The position numbers were made by a program, and so were the translations under genes. Below are positions 11,101 through 23,373 of a stretch of DNA of 64,000 nt, piece by piece. The DNA is taken from NCBI GenBank assembly GCA_965235115.1, contig OZ249452.1:19096001-19160000 (forward strand), given 5' to 3'. Positions within the stretch are counted from its first letter, which is position 1. The number at the start of each line of letters is the position of its first letter. Origin of the DNA: Laetmonice hystrix (lineage: Eukaryota). The notes under the pieces are model-generated. The model did not search any database and had not been told where the DNA came from. It saw nothing but the letters and a program-made list of their open reading frames with translations.

Positions 11101-14100
11101 AATGTCTGCTTAACAAATTATTTGTAATTGTTACCTTTCCAATCAATCTGAATATGCTACGCTCGATGATGGGACCTCAATTTGTCGCCGGTGTCACATC
11201 GAAAACTGACCCCCGTGGTAAATTGACCCCCGGTCACTTTACCACGGGGTCACTTTACCACATCACACCGGCACCATTGTCACTTTGCTCAATATGGTCT
11301 TGTGGGAAACTTTTAATGTCGTACATTTTAATAATGGGTGTTAATGAGATAATTGGCGATTAACCTTGATTCTTCTTCCTTATAACGTGTCGCACGAGGG
11401 GGGGCCACCAGTAAAGGGTCTGCTCCTGTGACGTTAGCACCTCATGTACACTGCCACGCCCCCTGGAGTGCAAACCACTAACTATTTTATGAACATTTGT
11501 TGTGTGTGGCTCCGCGTAAAGTTGGTTTGAGTTTGAGGTGGCTTCGTGGTTAGCAGTACTGTGAAGGTTGTCAGGTCAGAAGTTCAAATTGTATATGTGG
11601 ACATGACATAATTGACACTAGTTTTATTTTTTAATTTTTTTGTTGGGGGGGGGGGGGGTAAAGCCCTATGAATCCCCGAACTTTGCCATTCTGATTCCTA
11701 ACCTAAATATTAGTGTTTCCATAGATGTGACTGAGTTGCAGGGAGAGTTATGCTTAAGGATAATTATTTAATCAAATATAAGCCTCTTTATAAATTACTA
11801 TTCACTAAGTGCATGCCTATGAATTCATGCTATGTTTCCTACACCTATATTATTATTATTATGATTAAAAACTGATTAACTTCCCTGCACTCCATGTTTG
11901 ACTAACGGCCGTTGGTTAACAACACAGCTAACATTTTTAAGAACGCTGCCTATTTGTTACCATGGTTACGTTTTAATTCTATTGTTATAAAATGATGAAT
12001 GGAAGTAATTTTGCTTAATTTGTACCACTGTTTCCACAGACATGGTTACAGCGGCCATTTATTACGTGTAACTTAATATTTTGTTGAACGGTTACAAGAA
12101 GATTCAGTCGCTCCCCATGGTATTTCTGTAATCCGTTATTTTGAAGAAATGCCGCCTTTAATTGACACCACTTAACACACCGAGGGTGTGTTGATGTCTT
12201 TACTCTTGCCTAGCATGACCTTTGACCTTAGATCTACTCCTCCACGCCTCTATCTCATTTTAATCTCGTGCTTTGTGTCTTTTTTTGTCTTTTTCCTCGT
12301 TGCCATAGAAACACGGCACTACGGCAAAGAGTATGCGTCCGGTACGACTGAGTGCAGAGGTAAAGTCCCGTGATTTCCACGACGACCATCTCCCTACTTT
12401 CTTCGCTGTTTTCACATGTTTTGCTCCAATATTTGATTGGAAAGGATGATTTTCAGTTCAGATTGGTTGGATACATTTTCCAGAGCTGCAGTTCTATGAT
12501 TCTGCCCGTTTTCGTAAAGTCAACCCCACAATCAGAACCCAAAAGGATCGATTTGTTTTGGTCACAAGCCTCACGTTTTATACTTTCTAACCTTCAGTAG
12601 CAGTTTGACTTTTCCCCCTCCCCAGTCCAAGTATTGACCATATCCAAGTATTGACCATATCCAAGTATTGACCATATCCAAGTATTGACCATATCCAAGT
12701 ATTGACCATATCCAGGTATTGACCATATCCAAGTATTGACTATATCCAAGTATTGACTATATCCAAGTATTGACCATATCCAAGTATTGACCATATCCAA
12801 GTATTGACCATATCCAAGTATTGACTATATCCAAGTATTGACCATATCCAAGTATTGACCATATCCAAGTATTGACCATATCCAAGTATTGACCATATCC
12901 AAGTATTGACCATATCCAAGTATTGACCATATCCAAGTATTGACCATATCCAAGTATTGACCATATCCAAGTATTGACCATATCCAAGTATTGACCATAT
13001 CCAAGTATTGACTATATCCAGGTATTGACCATATCCAGGTATTGACCATATCCAAGTATTGACCATATCCAAGTATTGACCATATCCAAGTATTGACTAT
13101 ATCCAAGTATTGACTATATCCAAGTATTGACCATATCCAAGTATTGACCATATCCAAGTATTGACTATATCCAAGTATTGACCATATCCAAGTATTGACC
13201 ATATCCAAGTATTGACCATATCCAAGTATTGACCATATCCAGGTTTTGACCATATCCAAGTATTGACCATATCCAAGTATTGACTATATCCAAGTATTGA
13301 CTATATCCAAGTATTGACTATATCCAGGTATTGACTATATCCAGGTATTGACTATATCCAAGTATTGACTATATCCAAGTATTGACTATATCCAGGTATT
13401 GACTATATCCAGGTATTGACTATATCCAAGTATTGACTATATCCAAGTATTGACTATATCCAAGTATTGACTATATCCAGGTATTGACTATATCCAGGTA
13501 TTGACTATATCCAAGTATTGACTATATCCAGGTATTGACTATATCCAGGTATTGACTATATCCAGGTATTGACTATATCCAAGTATTGACTATATCCAAG
13601 TATTGACTATATCCAGGTATTGACTATATCCAGGTATTGACTATATCCAAGTATTGACTATATCCAGGTATTGACTATATCCAGGTATTGACTATATCCA
13701 AGTATTGACTATATCCAAGTATTGACTATATCCAAGTATTGACTATATCCAAGTATTGACTATATCCAGGTATTGACTATATCCAGGTATTGACTATATC
13801 CAAGTATTGACTATATCCAGGTATTGACTATATCCAGGTATTGACTATATCCAGGTATTGACTATATCCAAGTATTGACCATATCCAAGTATTGACCATA
13901 TCCAGGTTTTGACCATATCCAAGTATTGACCATATCCAAGTATTGACCATATCCAGGTTTTGACCATATCCAAGTATTGACCATATCCAAGTATTGACCA
14001 TATCCAAGTATTGACCATATCCAGGTATTGACCATATCCAAGTATTGACCATATCCAGGTTTTGACCATATCCAGGTATTGACCATATCCAAGTATTGAC

Positions 14101-15790
14101 TATATCCAAGTATTGACTATATCCAAGTATTGACTTATATCAAGAAGACTCTCCTTTTTAATAAGAGAAATAGAAGAAAAAGAAAAAAACCCGACACATA
14201 TAGAGATGCTTCAGCTCTGATCTGGATCCAACTTTTTCTCTTTTTGTTCCTCTTCTTTTATTTGTAACTGCTTCTGAAGCTTTTTCCGAATAAGCTTCAG
14301 CCTTCCTGAAATGGGTGAATGATTAATATATGTGGTAGTTAGGTTTGTGTTTATTGTTGAATTAGTTCATTTCCTTCTTTGTGTTTGTTCGTACAAGTTA
14401 GACTTAATGAGTTAATTCCTTCTTCGTTTGTTAAATGATTTCTGTCAATATTTCTGTGAATTTTTAATATTGTTATATTGTTATATATTGTTGCACCAGA
14501 ATAATGAGGATGGAGATGTTATTTCCTGAGGGAGAAGTCCTTATTTTAAAACTTTTTGAGAATTTACTGCTCAGATATCCATAGGATAGTATCGTTGGCG
14601 TTGGAGATTTGATAAAACATCGAATAAAACAGGTGGAACCTGTTTCCAAGGCAACACAAAATGGCCGTTTCTAGAACTCACTAGCCAAAGTAACATCAAA
14701 TAAACTGAATTCAACAAAGACTAAACTGGCAGGAAAGTGTGCATGAGAGTATTTCCGTGAGAAAAACCATTAAAAGGATGTGCTTTGTTTGCTCACCAGG
14801 AGCAAGCCAAGATTGCTAAACTTGGTTTGGAGATGAAACTCATCACGTCTGAAATGGACGCCGAGGCTGAGAAATGGGAGGAACCCGATAATGAAATCGT
14901 TCGGAGAGCCAAAAATATGTCCAGCATGGCATTCTCCATGTACCTCTTCACCCGGGGGGAAGGGCCCCTCAAAACAACACAAGATCTCTTCACGCAGGCC
15001 GAGTACTTCGCTGAGGAAGGAACAAAACTATTCAAAACTGTTAAAGACTTCTCACAGATCGTAAGTATAGGTTGTCATTGAAGTAAATATCAGTACACGA
15101 CAAGAAAATTCAAACCCATTTCAATGACTTAGTATAAGGGTTATAGGCCTGCAGAATGCTATTTAGTTGCAATCATTATGATATTTATTTAAAGATGATA
15201 CAAGGTATGTCGTGAGTTTTCAAAGGAAATACTTTGTTTTCGACAGGTACCACCAGGGGGACATAAAAATGATCTCTTGTCCAATCTGGACAAGTTGCCC
15301 GTTTATTGCCAGCAGCTAAACTTCACCATAAAGTCGCCAACAGTGGGCAAGGCTGCCACCTTCAACAAAGTCGACAGTGTCATTCAAGAAACCAAGAACT
15401 TGATGAACGCTGTCGCTAAGGTCGTCACCACCTGTTTCATCTGTGCCACCAAGGTCAGCTCAGGGTCAAATTATTCTTAGTCACTATCCTCCATTTTTAT
15501 CCTGAGATAAAATTGTATGTTATTTCTACATAGAATTTATTGTTAAGAATAAACAATTCACATTTTTGGCTGACGAGATTTTATTTGTCTTTCAGTATAA
15601 TATTGACTACCGTGGTTCACCTCATGTCGTAACAAAATGGCGTACACCCCAGTATGATCTCCATAGTAACGGAGGTGCTGGTAGCGATGGGAGTGACCGA
15701 GAATCGGTGAAGAGTGGGAGGTCAGAAAACTTGATGAGGAGTTCGTCGTTAAACAAACCCATGTCGACCATGAACTACGATCGTTTGTGA
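4926..15790 (+). CDS. CTNNAL1: Alpha-catulin (vinculin/alpha-catenin family), 3' partial gene, 10 exons, 551 aa in window
   Basis: Exons 4926-5138, 5776-5979, 6851-6937, 7228-7386, 7873-7965, 8229-8414, 12309-12359, 14800-15060, 15247-15453, 15596-15790 join in frame with canonical AG/GT, all introns phase 0. Diagnostic alpha-catulin motifs LRHPDC, QDFTDSAYTSHENRERIL, SKIAKENLEVF, EQAKIAKLGL, NMSSMAFSMYLFTRGEGPLKT. Confidence 0.95.
5367..5601. mobile_element. One end of a Tc1/mariner-like non-autonomous element
   Basis: Ends ...GGCGCATGCGCCTTAAAGTGCGTCAATACGGTA; a homologous end recurs at ~50305-50344. The partner TIR is not seen. Confidence 0.45.
5776..5979 (+). CDS. CTNNAL1: Alpha-catulin exon (DLVEMTRM...RIGIRL)
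   Basis: ttcag|GAT...CTG|gtaatt; 204 nt; contains DFTDSAYTSHENRERIL. Confidence 0.95.
6432..6799. mobile_element. Fold-back MITE, copy 1
   Basis: Ends AATGAG(A/G)GACTT; long internal inverted arms (CCGCGTGGCGGCAGCACT...AGTGCTGCCGCCACGCGG); a reverse-complement copy lies at 34607-34987. Confidence 0.85.
6851..6937 (+). CDS. CTNNAL1: Alpha-catulin exon (DQKDNTSPNQELETAILKTKEASKNLRKQ)
   Basis: ttccag|GAT...CAA|gtgggt; 87 nt; matches the ELE.AILK....L.K. helix. Confidence 0.88.
7228..7386 (+). CDS. CTNNAL1: Alpha-catulin exon (LQDTAMDQ...DQLQE)
   Basis: accag|TTG...GAG|gtattt; 159 nt. Confidence 0.92.
7449..7883 (+). repeat. 46-bp intronic tandem array that duplicates the acceptor site of the next exon
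   Basis: Unit GTTATTGGTCACAGGGTTTGTTCATTGTTTTTGAC(T/C)AG|GTCTGTAA; AGs end at 7550, 7596, 7642, 7688, 7734, 7780, 7826 and 7872 (the real acceptor). Confidence 0.92.
7873..7965 (+). CDS. CTNNAL1: Alpha-catulin exon (VCKLLRHIAVTDPL...GLGPQ)
   Basis: gaccag|GTC...CAG|gtgagt; 93 nt; matches the CRLLRHIS.TEPL motif. Confidence 0.92.
7982..8027 (+). promoter_or_regulatory. Pair of CTCF-like motifs
   Basis: CCGCTAGGGGGCGCT (7982-7996) and CCGCTAGGTGTCGCT (8013-8027) match the CTCF core CCGCTAG(G/A)(G/T)GGCGC; motif match only. Confidence 0.45.
8229..8414 (+). CDS. CTNNAL1: Alpha-catulin exon (AISSAQTL...SLPRPG)
   Basis: ctgcag|GCC...GGG|gtgagt; 186 nt. Confidence 0.95.
9777..10674. repeat. 47-bp minisatellite, ~19 copies (intronic)
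   Basis: Unit CTCTGAGACCCTCTATTAATCTAGGCCCCATATGTTCAAACACAGGA. Confidence 0.95.
10771..11018 (+). repeat. 50-bp tandem repeat x5 containing an acceptor-like TTTCTTGTAG
   Basis: Unit CAACTTGATGTGTTTCTTGTAGGTGTGCTGCCCAAGGTCGCACAGTCAGA; AGs end at 10792, 10842, 10892, 10942, 10992. Confidence 0.93.
12309..12359 (+). CDS. CTNNAL1: Alpha-catulin 51-nt exon (KHGTTAKSMRPVRLSAE)
   Basis: ttgccatag|AAA...GAG|gtaaag; bridges SLPRPG and EQAKIAK in frame. Not in the ORF track (too short). Confidence 0.88.
12626..14140. repeat. 17-bp minisatellite, ~89 copies (intronic)
   Basis: Unit TCCA(A/G)GTATTGAC(C/T)ATA; blocks of GACCAT and GACTAT variants. Confidence 0.97.
14800..15060 (+). CDS. CTNNAL1: Alpha-catulin exon (EQAKIAKLGL...DFSQI)
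   Basis: caccag|GAG...ATC|gtaagt; 261 nt. Confidence 0.96.
15247..15453 (+). CDS. CTNNAL1: Alpha-catulin exon (VPPGGHK...CFICATK)
   Basis: gacag|GTA...AAG|gtcagc; 207 nt; contains KVDSVIQETKNLMNAV. Confidence 0.93.
15596..15790 (+). CDS. CTNNAL1: Alpha-catulin terminal coding exon (YNIDYRG...NYDRL*)
   Basis: ctttcag|TAT...TGA; 195 nt, phase 0. Confidence 0.85.
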   Translation, partial: YNIDYRGSPHVVTKWRTPQYDLHSNGGAGSDGSDRESVKSGRSENLMRSSSLNKPMSTMNYDRL

Positions 15791-18700
15791 CAGAGTGTCC
15801 CTGACGAAAAGTCACTACTAGAACAATGAAAATATACTTAATAACTAATTGATAAGCAAAGATATCTACTTAAGATATACTTAAGCAAGCAGAATTGTGA
15901 GCGAGATTGTAGGTTGTTGACGCAACAGTGATCAGGAAAATGGTTGTTTGCAGGCCACCTGGTGAGGAATTGGGATAAACCCTTTACAATATTGTGATGT
16001 GAGACCTGAGTCTGTGCAACTAGTCTGACAGGTGACACTTAGATAGTCAACTTAAGACGCTTATCATACTTTCTAAGATAAATGTTATCTTGGTAAGCTC
16101 TGTAGATGCAAGAGAAATGAAATGTTATAAAAGAGTTTCTCATTTATATTGTACATAGAGGTCCGATTTATGACAAGGTTGTTTTATCGTCAGTTAGTGT
16201 CGAGTCATAACATGTGAAAATAGTCTCACAAATTCCTTCCTGGTATCAACTTTTCTAAATTGCATCGTATTTATCTCTCGTAGGTCTAGAAAAAGATAGG
16301 CTTAAAGAAAACTACCTCTGTGTGTTTTTTTCTCTCTCTATTTTTTCTCTTGTGATGTTAGAGTTTAGAAGTTTGTATAAGATGTTAACCTCGACCAATG
16401 ATGAAGCAGCAGGATTTAATAATGAGACGTTTAATGACACTAATTTGGTTAGATTCACTTCTATCTTAGTTTGTTTTTGACTTTCATAGCAGGAGATAAT
16501 AGTTTACTGTCGACCTTTTCCCCTCACTTTCTTTGTTTTGATACATGAGCAAAAATTGCATTTGTAACGCACAAAAACCTAGAGAATACGTGAGGCAGCT
16601 GCAGGTCCACATATCAAAATTAAATTTGAGCAAAAGACTTCTAGAAGACTTCAAGTCCTATTACTTTTACAAAAGTCATAGCCTCACATGAGAAATCGCG
16701 CACAAATTGAACTAAAGAAGGAAATTAAACAGTAAAATACCGGAGAAAAATCGTATAATAGACAAGCAACAAGAATCATCTCAGCTTTCGGAGCCGACGT
16801 GGTAAGATAGCGTGACAGTTTGGACCAAATAATTTTTTTCTGCCTAGGTCTTTTGCACCTCTGTGCCTAAAAAAAATTGAAAAGTGGGAAATAGAGATAT
16901 TTAGTGTAGTAATACAATGTACAACTTGACTTTCTTAGATCAAATACATCCCAGGGGTCACCTCACGACCACGTAGTAACCTTTTCCAACTTTTTCTTTA
17001 AATTTCGATTTTGTTGTACTTTCATTTTTAACATTTTCCCTCAAAAGCTCAGTCGTGGTTCCTTCGTGATTTTTGTTTGTTTGGTCTAGTCACCTTGAAG
17101 TATTAATCGAACCTGCTAACGCTAGGTTTAGCAATTCAGGTAGAAACTGTGCAAACGTGGCAAGGCCAGTGATTTCAGGCAAGTACCGGCCGCTTGGTTA
17201 GGGTTGAGCCAGTTACCATGGTGACATGTTGAGAGATGTATCGAGTCATGTGATAGGTGGATTCCGTAAAACGTTACGGTCAAAGTGCACGCTTGTACAT
17301 GTATTCATAGAAAAATCTAAATCTGTAGGCTCTCGCCACGTTTATATGTATGTGAATTATTATTGTCAGTTTCTAGTGTATAAAATGTGGCCTGTGTTTG
17401 TTTTCAGATGTTCTGTCCTTTTGTGAGTGTAAAGAAACGTAAGATGTATGACGTCACGTCTAGGTTTGGCAATTTCTCACCAGAGTGCGCCAGTGCAGAT
17501 CAGGGGTTGTACAAAAACAAGCTTTAGCGTGATCAAGAAATGTTTTAAGAGAGAGAGGGAGAGAGTCTATTGTGAGTTTGACATCATTTATTCCTGTTAT
17601 CATGGCTACCATAGTTGTACCATGGTAACAACAAATATTGTTTACTCTTTTATTCCGTAAGTGTACTGAACACTTTAACCCCAATCGCCACCCCACACCC
17701 TTAACGGATCACGTGGTCTCTCACGTGACGTCCGTATAGATATGTAGATATCTTTTTACGACTCTTATGGTCAGCTTTAAGAAGCATTTGGCTTTAATTC
17801 GTCATCGTTTCAGGTTTCAGTATACTGTAGTGACCTAGTTCTATCAATTTACTCGTGTTATATCCTAATATAAGGGACAATCTGTGAGACGAGGCATGCA
17901 AACAGCCCAACAAACAATGCATTGTTTGAAGTAGGACAAATAGTCATGTTTTACTTCGTTACTTACAAACTGTAAGTGTGAAATATTCAGGCAATAATAT
18001 CTTACATAGTTTCGGGAAGTCTGAAATATCAATGTTTGAAGATAAAAAAGAGGAAAAATGCGAAATAAATATGAGGGGAAAACAAACGGGCATGTTCTGA
18101 TCACTTTCACATTTTCTCGTAATTTATGCGCCAGACATATTTTGATAGTGGCCAGTTTTGCACACAACCATATCCGCCTGGGAGGTCAGTTATGCAAGAG
18201 ACTGTTTTATTCGTAGACATGAAAGTAGGGTGCAGCTGAATTATAATAATAAAAGTATAGATGTGCCAATACTTTCTGCAGTATATACACCTGTCTATAT
18301 AAACATGTTATAGGCTATTATTATTATTATAAAATATATTATTTTTTAAAATTAAGTTTTGTTTAGTGTAATGAGGGCGTGCTGTGAGAAGACTAAAACA
18401 CTTTCTTCAGCTCCTAACTGAAGGCTTTTTGCCAAGCCTCATTACAATATGGGCTCGGAAGTATGTACTGGCAAATATTTCCACGTGTAACTTTATCCAT
18501 GTGATTACAAAACGTCGGAGTAAGGGGAATGTTGCTCCAGTCACTCTGTGCAGGACCAGAGATAATGCATGCTAGGGGAGACAATACTGTCTACATATGG
18601 TTTTTATTTGTTTTCTATGAATATATGAGCATATTATATGGCCTCATCATATTCTATATGTACACCCAGTATGCTGAGAGTTTTGCATGGTCTGCCAAAA

Positions 18701-19000
18701 AAATTATTTTTTTTTAATTTTATTTTTTTAACTGAAAACTGCCTGGTCGTATCAATCTGTTATTATAAATGTACATTGCTCAGTTTTTCACAACTATAAA
18801 ATAGTCAGATTATTTAAACAAACCCACTTTTTAATTTAGCATTGATAAGAAAGAAAGAGGAAAGATGAAAAGAAATAATTTATTGTCGTTGAATATATTT
18901 TTTCATGTTTTTACTGCCGATGTGTTGTGCCAAGATTCAGTGAGCAGTCAGTGTGGGCAGTGGAATGCCAGAGGATGGAAATGAACCAAATATTCACATA

Positions 19001-19857
19001 TCGGGTGGATAAAAAAAAACGCCCCGAACTTTAAACTTCAATATTTCAAAAAGTAATGATTGTAATTCAATGAATTTTTTCTTAATATCACTTCATGATG
19101 TTGTCTCTTAGTTGTTAATGTTACAACTCAATAGCTTGGATAATATTTCCGTGGGGCTAAAAACAAAAATCATTGTACAAAAGCGCTATGCCGGGCTAAA
19201 GCGAGTTGTAGTCGCACCCAGAGTCCCTGGCCTCACACTAGAGTAGGTGGTCAATCGGTCCCCTGTTTTCACTTCTTACTGTTCTCAGTCTTTTTCCATG
19301 AGCCAATGCACTTCCTGATCTCTGATAGGGAAATATCTTCCCAACATTGGGAAATATGCAACGTTCTGAAGGTGTTGCTAAACGTGATAATGATACGATT
19401 TCCCTTGAACTTCTCGTTACAGTCATGTCGTCCTAATGTTGCAGTTTCTCTGCAGGGTTTGGCACATTAAACATCTGTTTTTCTCTAAAAGTACTAGGAA
19501 TAGCACACATTTTACCATATCTAGTGGTCCACAACATGATACATATTGTAAAACATGCAAAAACTAAATATTGATTTTTTTTTTACCCAAGGTATACAAC
19601 GCGGTGCATCAAACAGGTGTCAAATTGGACACCTGGCAGCTGCATGATATTTGACCTAATTCCGGCATTGCGTTTTTAGACACTGATTTTTGTTTTTAGC
19701 GCCACGAGATTAATATCAAAGCTATTGAGCTGAAACTTTAACATACCAGAGATAATATCATGAAGTGATATTAAGAGAAATTCTATTGAATAATAATGCA
19801 TAGTTTTTTAAATATTAAAGTTTAAAGTTCGGGGCGGGTTTTTTTTTATCCACCCGA
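19001..19857. mobile_element. Tc1/mariner-type non-autonomous element (857 bp)
   Basis: TA on both flanks; TIR TCGGGTGGATAAAAAAAAAC..CCCCGAACTTTAAACTT extending as ~190-bp imperfect inverted repeats. Confidence 0.85.
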
Positions 19858-20696
19858 TATAAATATATTCCAGATTTATTCCTAGCTATCGCGTTTATGA
19901 TCACCCAGAGATTCCCCAAGGTTGAGTGACCTTGAAAAACGTCTCATACTTAGTTTGGTTATCAAACTTTCAACAGTTTTATTCCAGTCCTATTCATGTA
20001 TATAAAGGTATTTATTAGTAGACGTACGTTCAATGTCAAACGGAGGTCATTCCACAAAGGCTTCCAATCTTATAGGAATTCTCTGAGCTGGACGCCATCA
20101 TTTTGCTGCTGGGCAACAATTTGAGAGTTCAACTTGGTTCAGACTTTTTATCCCACCCACGTTAAACACCCAGTAAATTGGTCTGTCGTACAGGCGACTT
20201 TTATTAAGTTCTATAAATCTTCCAGAATTATATAGAACCGTACAACGATCGCATTCATTTTTCTCTAATCTATAACGCAATAAATCGCAATTAACTCGAC
20301 TGAAATATATTGTACTTGTAGCATTCAGGCAATTTCCATTGAACTAACAGACGTAAGAGAGCAAAAAGGTACGAACTGAGGTTTATAAAAACTAAATTGA
20401 TTGTGCCAATATGTGCGAGGGAGCCCTGATACTAGGATACAGGATTCTCAGGGCCTGACTCTGTATGTACACGATGTGATAAAATTGCCATTGCGGGGTT
20501 TTAAATATCTGTTAGTGTGTGTAGGACATTGTTTTGTTACTCTTTTTTGGCTAGTGTTCTTAGAAATTATGTCGAAAAATATAACTAAAATGCTGACCCG
20601 AGGGCCTCGTTAAAAACATAAACATCGTAGTGATACCGCAACCGGTACGTGACAACGTGAACCGTGACTAGCCTTGTATAGTAATGTGTGTTAAGC

Positions 20697-20711
20697 CCGC
20701 TAGGGGGCGCC
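20697..20711 (+). promoter_or_regulatory. CTCF-like motif between convergent genes
   Basis: CCGCTAGGGGGCGCC is a consensus match, located between the 3' ends of alpha-catulin and the PRIM2-like gene. Confidence 0.45.
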
Positions 20712-21149
20712 CTGGTGTCGTCTACTTTTAACGACACTGCAAACATATTATATCAGTCTCGACTTGTAGAAAAGTATTTCTTTTCAAAGCTGGTAATTAG
20801 TGGAATACTTTGGGTCATGAATAGTGAATCGTTTTTCTTTGTAATACATTTGCCCCTATTGGACCCCCCCTTTTTGAGGTTGACCTCCTTCTTCGCCTTG
20901 TTTTTTCTTACCCTGTGACTTGATGTGTTTTTGTAATATTGGAGTTTCTAAATCGGTAAAATTGGGAAAAGCCAATGTCCCGAAAGAACTATGCAGATTT
21001 TTGTGGTCAAGGAGATTCCCATGTTATCAAAGGTATTGATAGAAAGCGTATCTAATCCAATGGAAATGTCGCATTATTCAGGAAAAAAAGGACACAATCT
21101 TGCCAATGAAAGTTGACATAAAAATAATGCTCAGTTTGATAGGGTACAG

Positions 21150-21394
21150 GGCCCGGTTTTTTTGTTTACTTTTCCACCGTGAGCAAGGGTGAGCTGAGCT
21201 GAGCAAGGGTGAGCATGAGCTCATGCTCACCGTTTTCGTTTTTTTCCGTGAGATTGTTCACCATGAGCGTGGCTCATGGAAAAGAAATCCCGAAAAAAAA
21301 CCCCGCGAAAACGGTGAGCATGAGCTCATGCTCACCCTTGCTCAGCTCAGCTCACCCTTGCTCACGGTGGAAAAGTAAACCAAAAAACCGGGCC
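21150..21394. mobile_element. PIF/Harbinger-type palindromic MITE
   Basis: TIR GGCCCGGTTTTTT; 3-bp TSD CAG; ~95-bp near-perfect inverted arms. Confidence 0.88.
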
Positions 21395-22512
21395 CAGGAC
21401 CTTCAAAATTCACCGACTTAGTGGAGTGGATGCGAGTATTTGGGAGAAAGTCACGTCGTCTACAAGTTCGGACATTTTAAATTCCAATTGTAGAAGGACG
21501 TACAATGTACTTGTATCCGATTCACTGAAATGATTTCAGAAATGTCATGCAGCTTCTATTATTTACTCCGTTGCAATTAGTTTCTTAGTCATAATTGAGT
21601 AAGGAAAACGTGCTGTGAGGTAGATAAGATACTTAGCTGCACAATCTGGCACGAATAATGAAGGTACTAGATGGTAGAAGGTATTGTGTTTAAATCATTG
21701 TTACAGTGGGGTTGTAGCGTTTGACGATGGGGCCGATAACCACCAAGTGTTTGTTGTATTTGACTTCACTGTATTATTTTTAGTAAAAGAAAACCATGTA
21801 CTGCCGTAAAGTAATAATTGGGTCAGGATGACCCAGAAAGCAAGACGATTTATTGTTTAATTTAAATTGTTTGTTGAACAGGTGTAAACATACGTGAACA
21901 CCGGCGTCTGTTACCCGGTACTAGTGACGTCACCCGGTACTAGTGACGTCATCAAAAGCAACACAACGTGATTCTTCCAAAATATACACGACTGATGTGC
22001 TAATATACTGATATTGTATAATAGAGTATATAATATAGCCCCAACCCTTGTAAGTAACCCCTAGTGTAAACTAGACTGTCGTCTTGAAATGTTATGTGTC
22101 AAATTAGTGGAGCACTACATCTTTCAGCACGGATTCAGGTTGGAGTGTAGAGTAAACTGGCAGGAGCTATTCTGAACTAAATGAATTGTGACAGAAAGGG
22201 ATTATAATATAATAGGAGTGAGGTTAAAAAAGAAATATAATTCTATAAATACATATATATTATATATTTATACCAAGTGTATTGTTACCTTCGTCGAGTG
22301 TACCACTAAGGTGTGTGCCCAGTCAATCAATATTGCCGTGTAAATTACCTAGTACAGATCCCTTATGTATCATTGTAGGATAATTTATAATAAAATATTA
22401 AATTCTCACAATTGTCATGTGTTAGATTTGCCCATGTCCGTGAAGCACTTTTATTTCCTGGTTCAGTTTCACCACACCTTCATTACCATACATGCGGGTA
22501 CAGCGCTGTTAA

Positions 22513-22843
22513 GGACAAGTGCTAGTGTGAGGCCAAAAATTTGTTTTTTTTTTAATTTTGCAGATAAACAGAGTATGTTGTCCTCTTTCAAAATTCAGCA
22601 AAAAATGATACCTCACCGGCTTAGTTTTTTTGTTAGGAGCGTTTGAAGTTGGTATTTTCTTCATGTTAATGAATAGAGTTTGCAATATTTTTTTTTTTTT
22701 TTTTTTTTAATTTTTTTTTTGGTCAGAACGGTGTTATGACAAATAGAAGTGGTTTAAAAAAAAAAAAAAAAAGAGAAAAAAAAATTTTGACTTTAAACAT
22801 TTTCACTGGCGTAAATGAGCAAAAAGTGAAAATGTTCAAAATC

Positions 22844-22881
<38 letters not shown>

Positions 22882-23130
22882 TTCTATAACTTGGAGACCG
22901 TTATGACAAATAGAAATGGTAAAAAAAAAAAAAAAAAAAAAATTCTAAACAGTAATTAGTAATTAACATGACGAACATATCAATTTCAAACGCTCTTAAC
23001 AAAAAAAGTAAGCCGGTGAGGTAGCATTTTTTTGCTGAATTTTGAAAGAGGACAACATACTCTGTTTATCTGCAAAATTTAAAAAAAATCTGTCTCAAAC
23101 AATTTTTTGGCCTCACACTAGCACTTGTCC
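22513..23130. mobile_element. TTAA-flanked MITE, Kolobok-like (618 bp)
   Basis: TTAA|GGACAAGTGCTAGTGTGAGGCC...GGCCTCACACTAGCACTTGTCC|TTAA; long imperfect TIRs; RR...YY termini. Confidence 0.85.
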
Positions 23131-23373
23131 TTAAATTGGCATACCACTTGTTTCAACAAATTCTTTCAAACCATTGACAATTATTCCAATAATGGGGTCC
23201 TTATTACGCTTATATCAAATTAATCGAAAATATATTAACAAATTCCATAAATAGCTTTTAAAATATAATAAATTGGTATATATAATGCATCAGTATGAAT
23301 GATGTACCTCGAGTATTTCCCCCAAACATAAAAAGTTTACATCCAGTAGTGCACAAAGCAAAACGCCATTAGC

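Noticed and set aside
12594-14109. Multiple repetitive - strand ORFs (MVNTWIWSILGYGQYLD)n
   Set aside because: Artefact of a 17-bp intronic minisatellite lacking stops in some variants; the frames break where GACTAT units occur.
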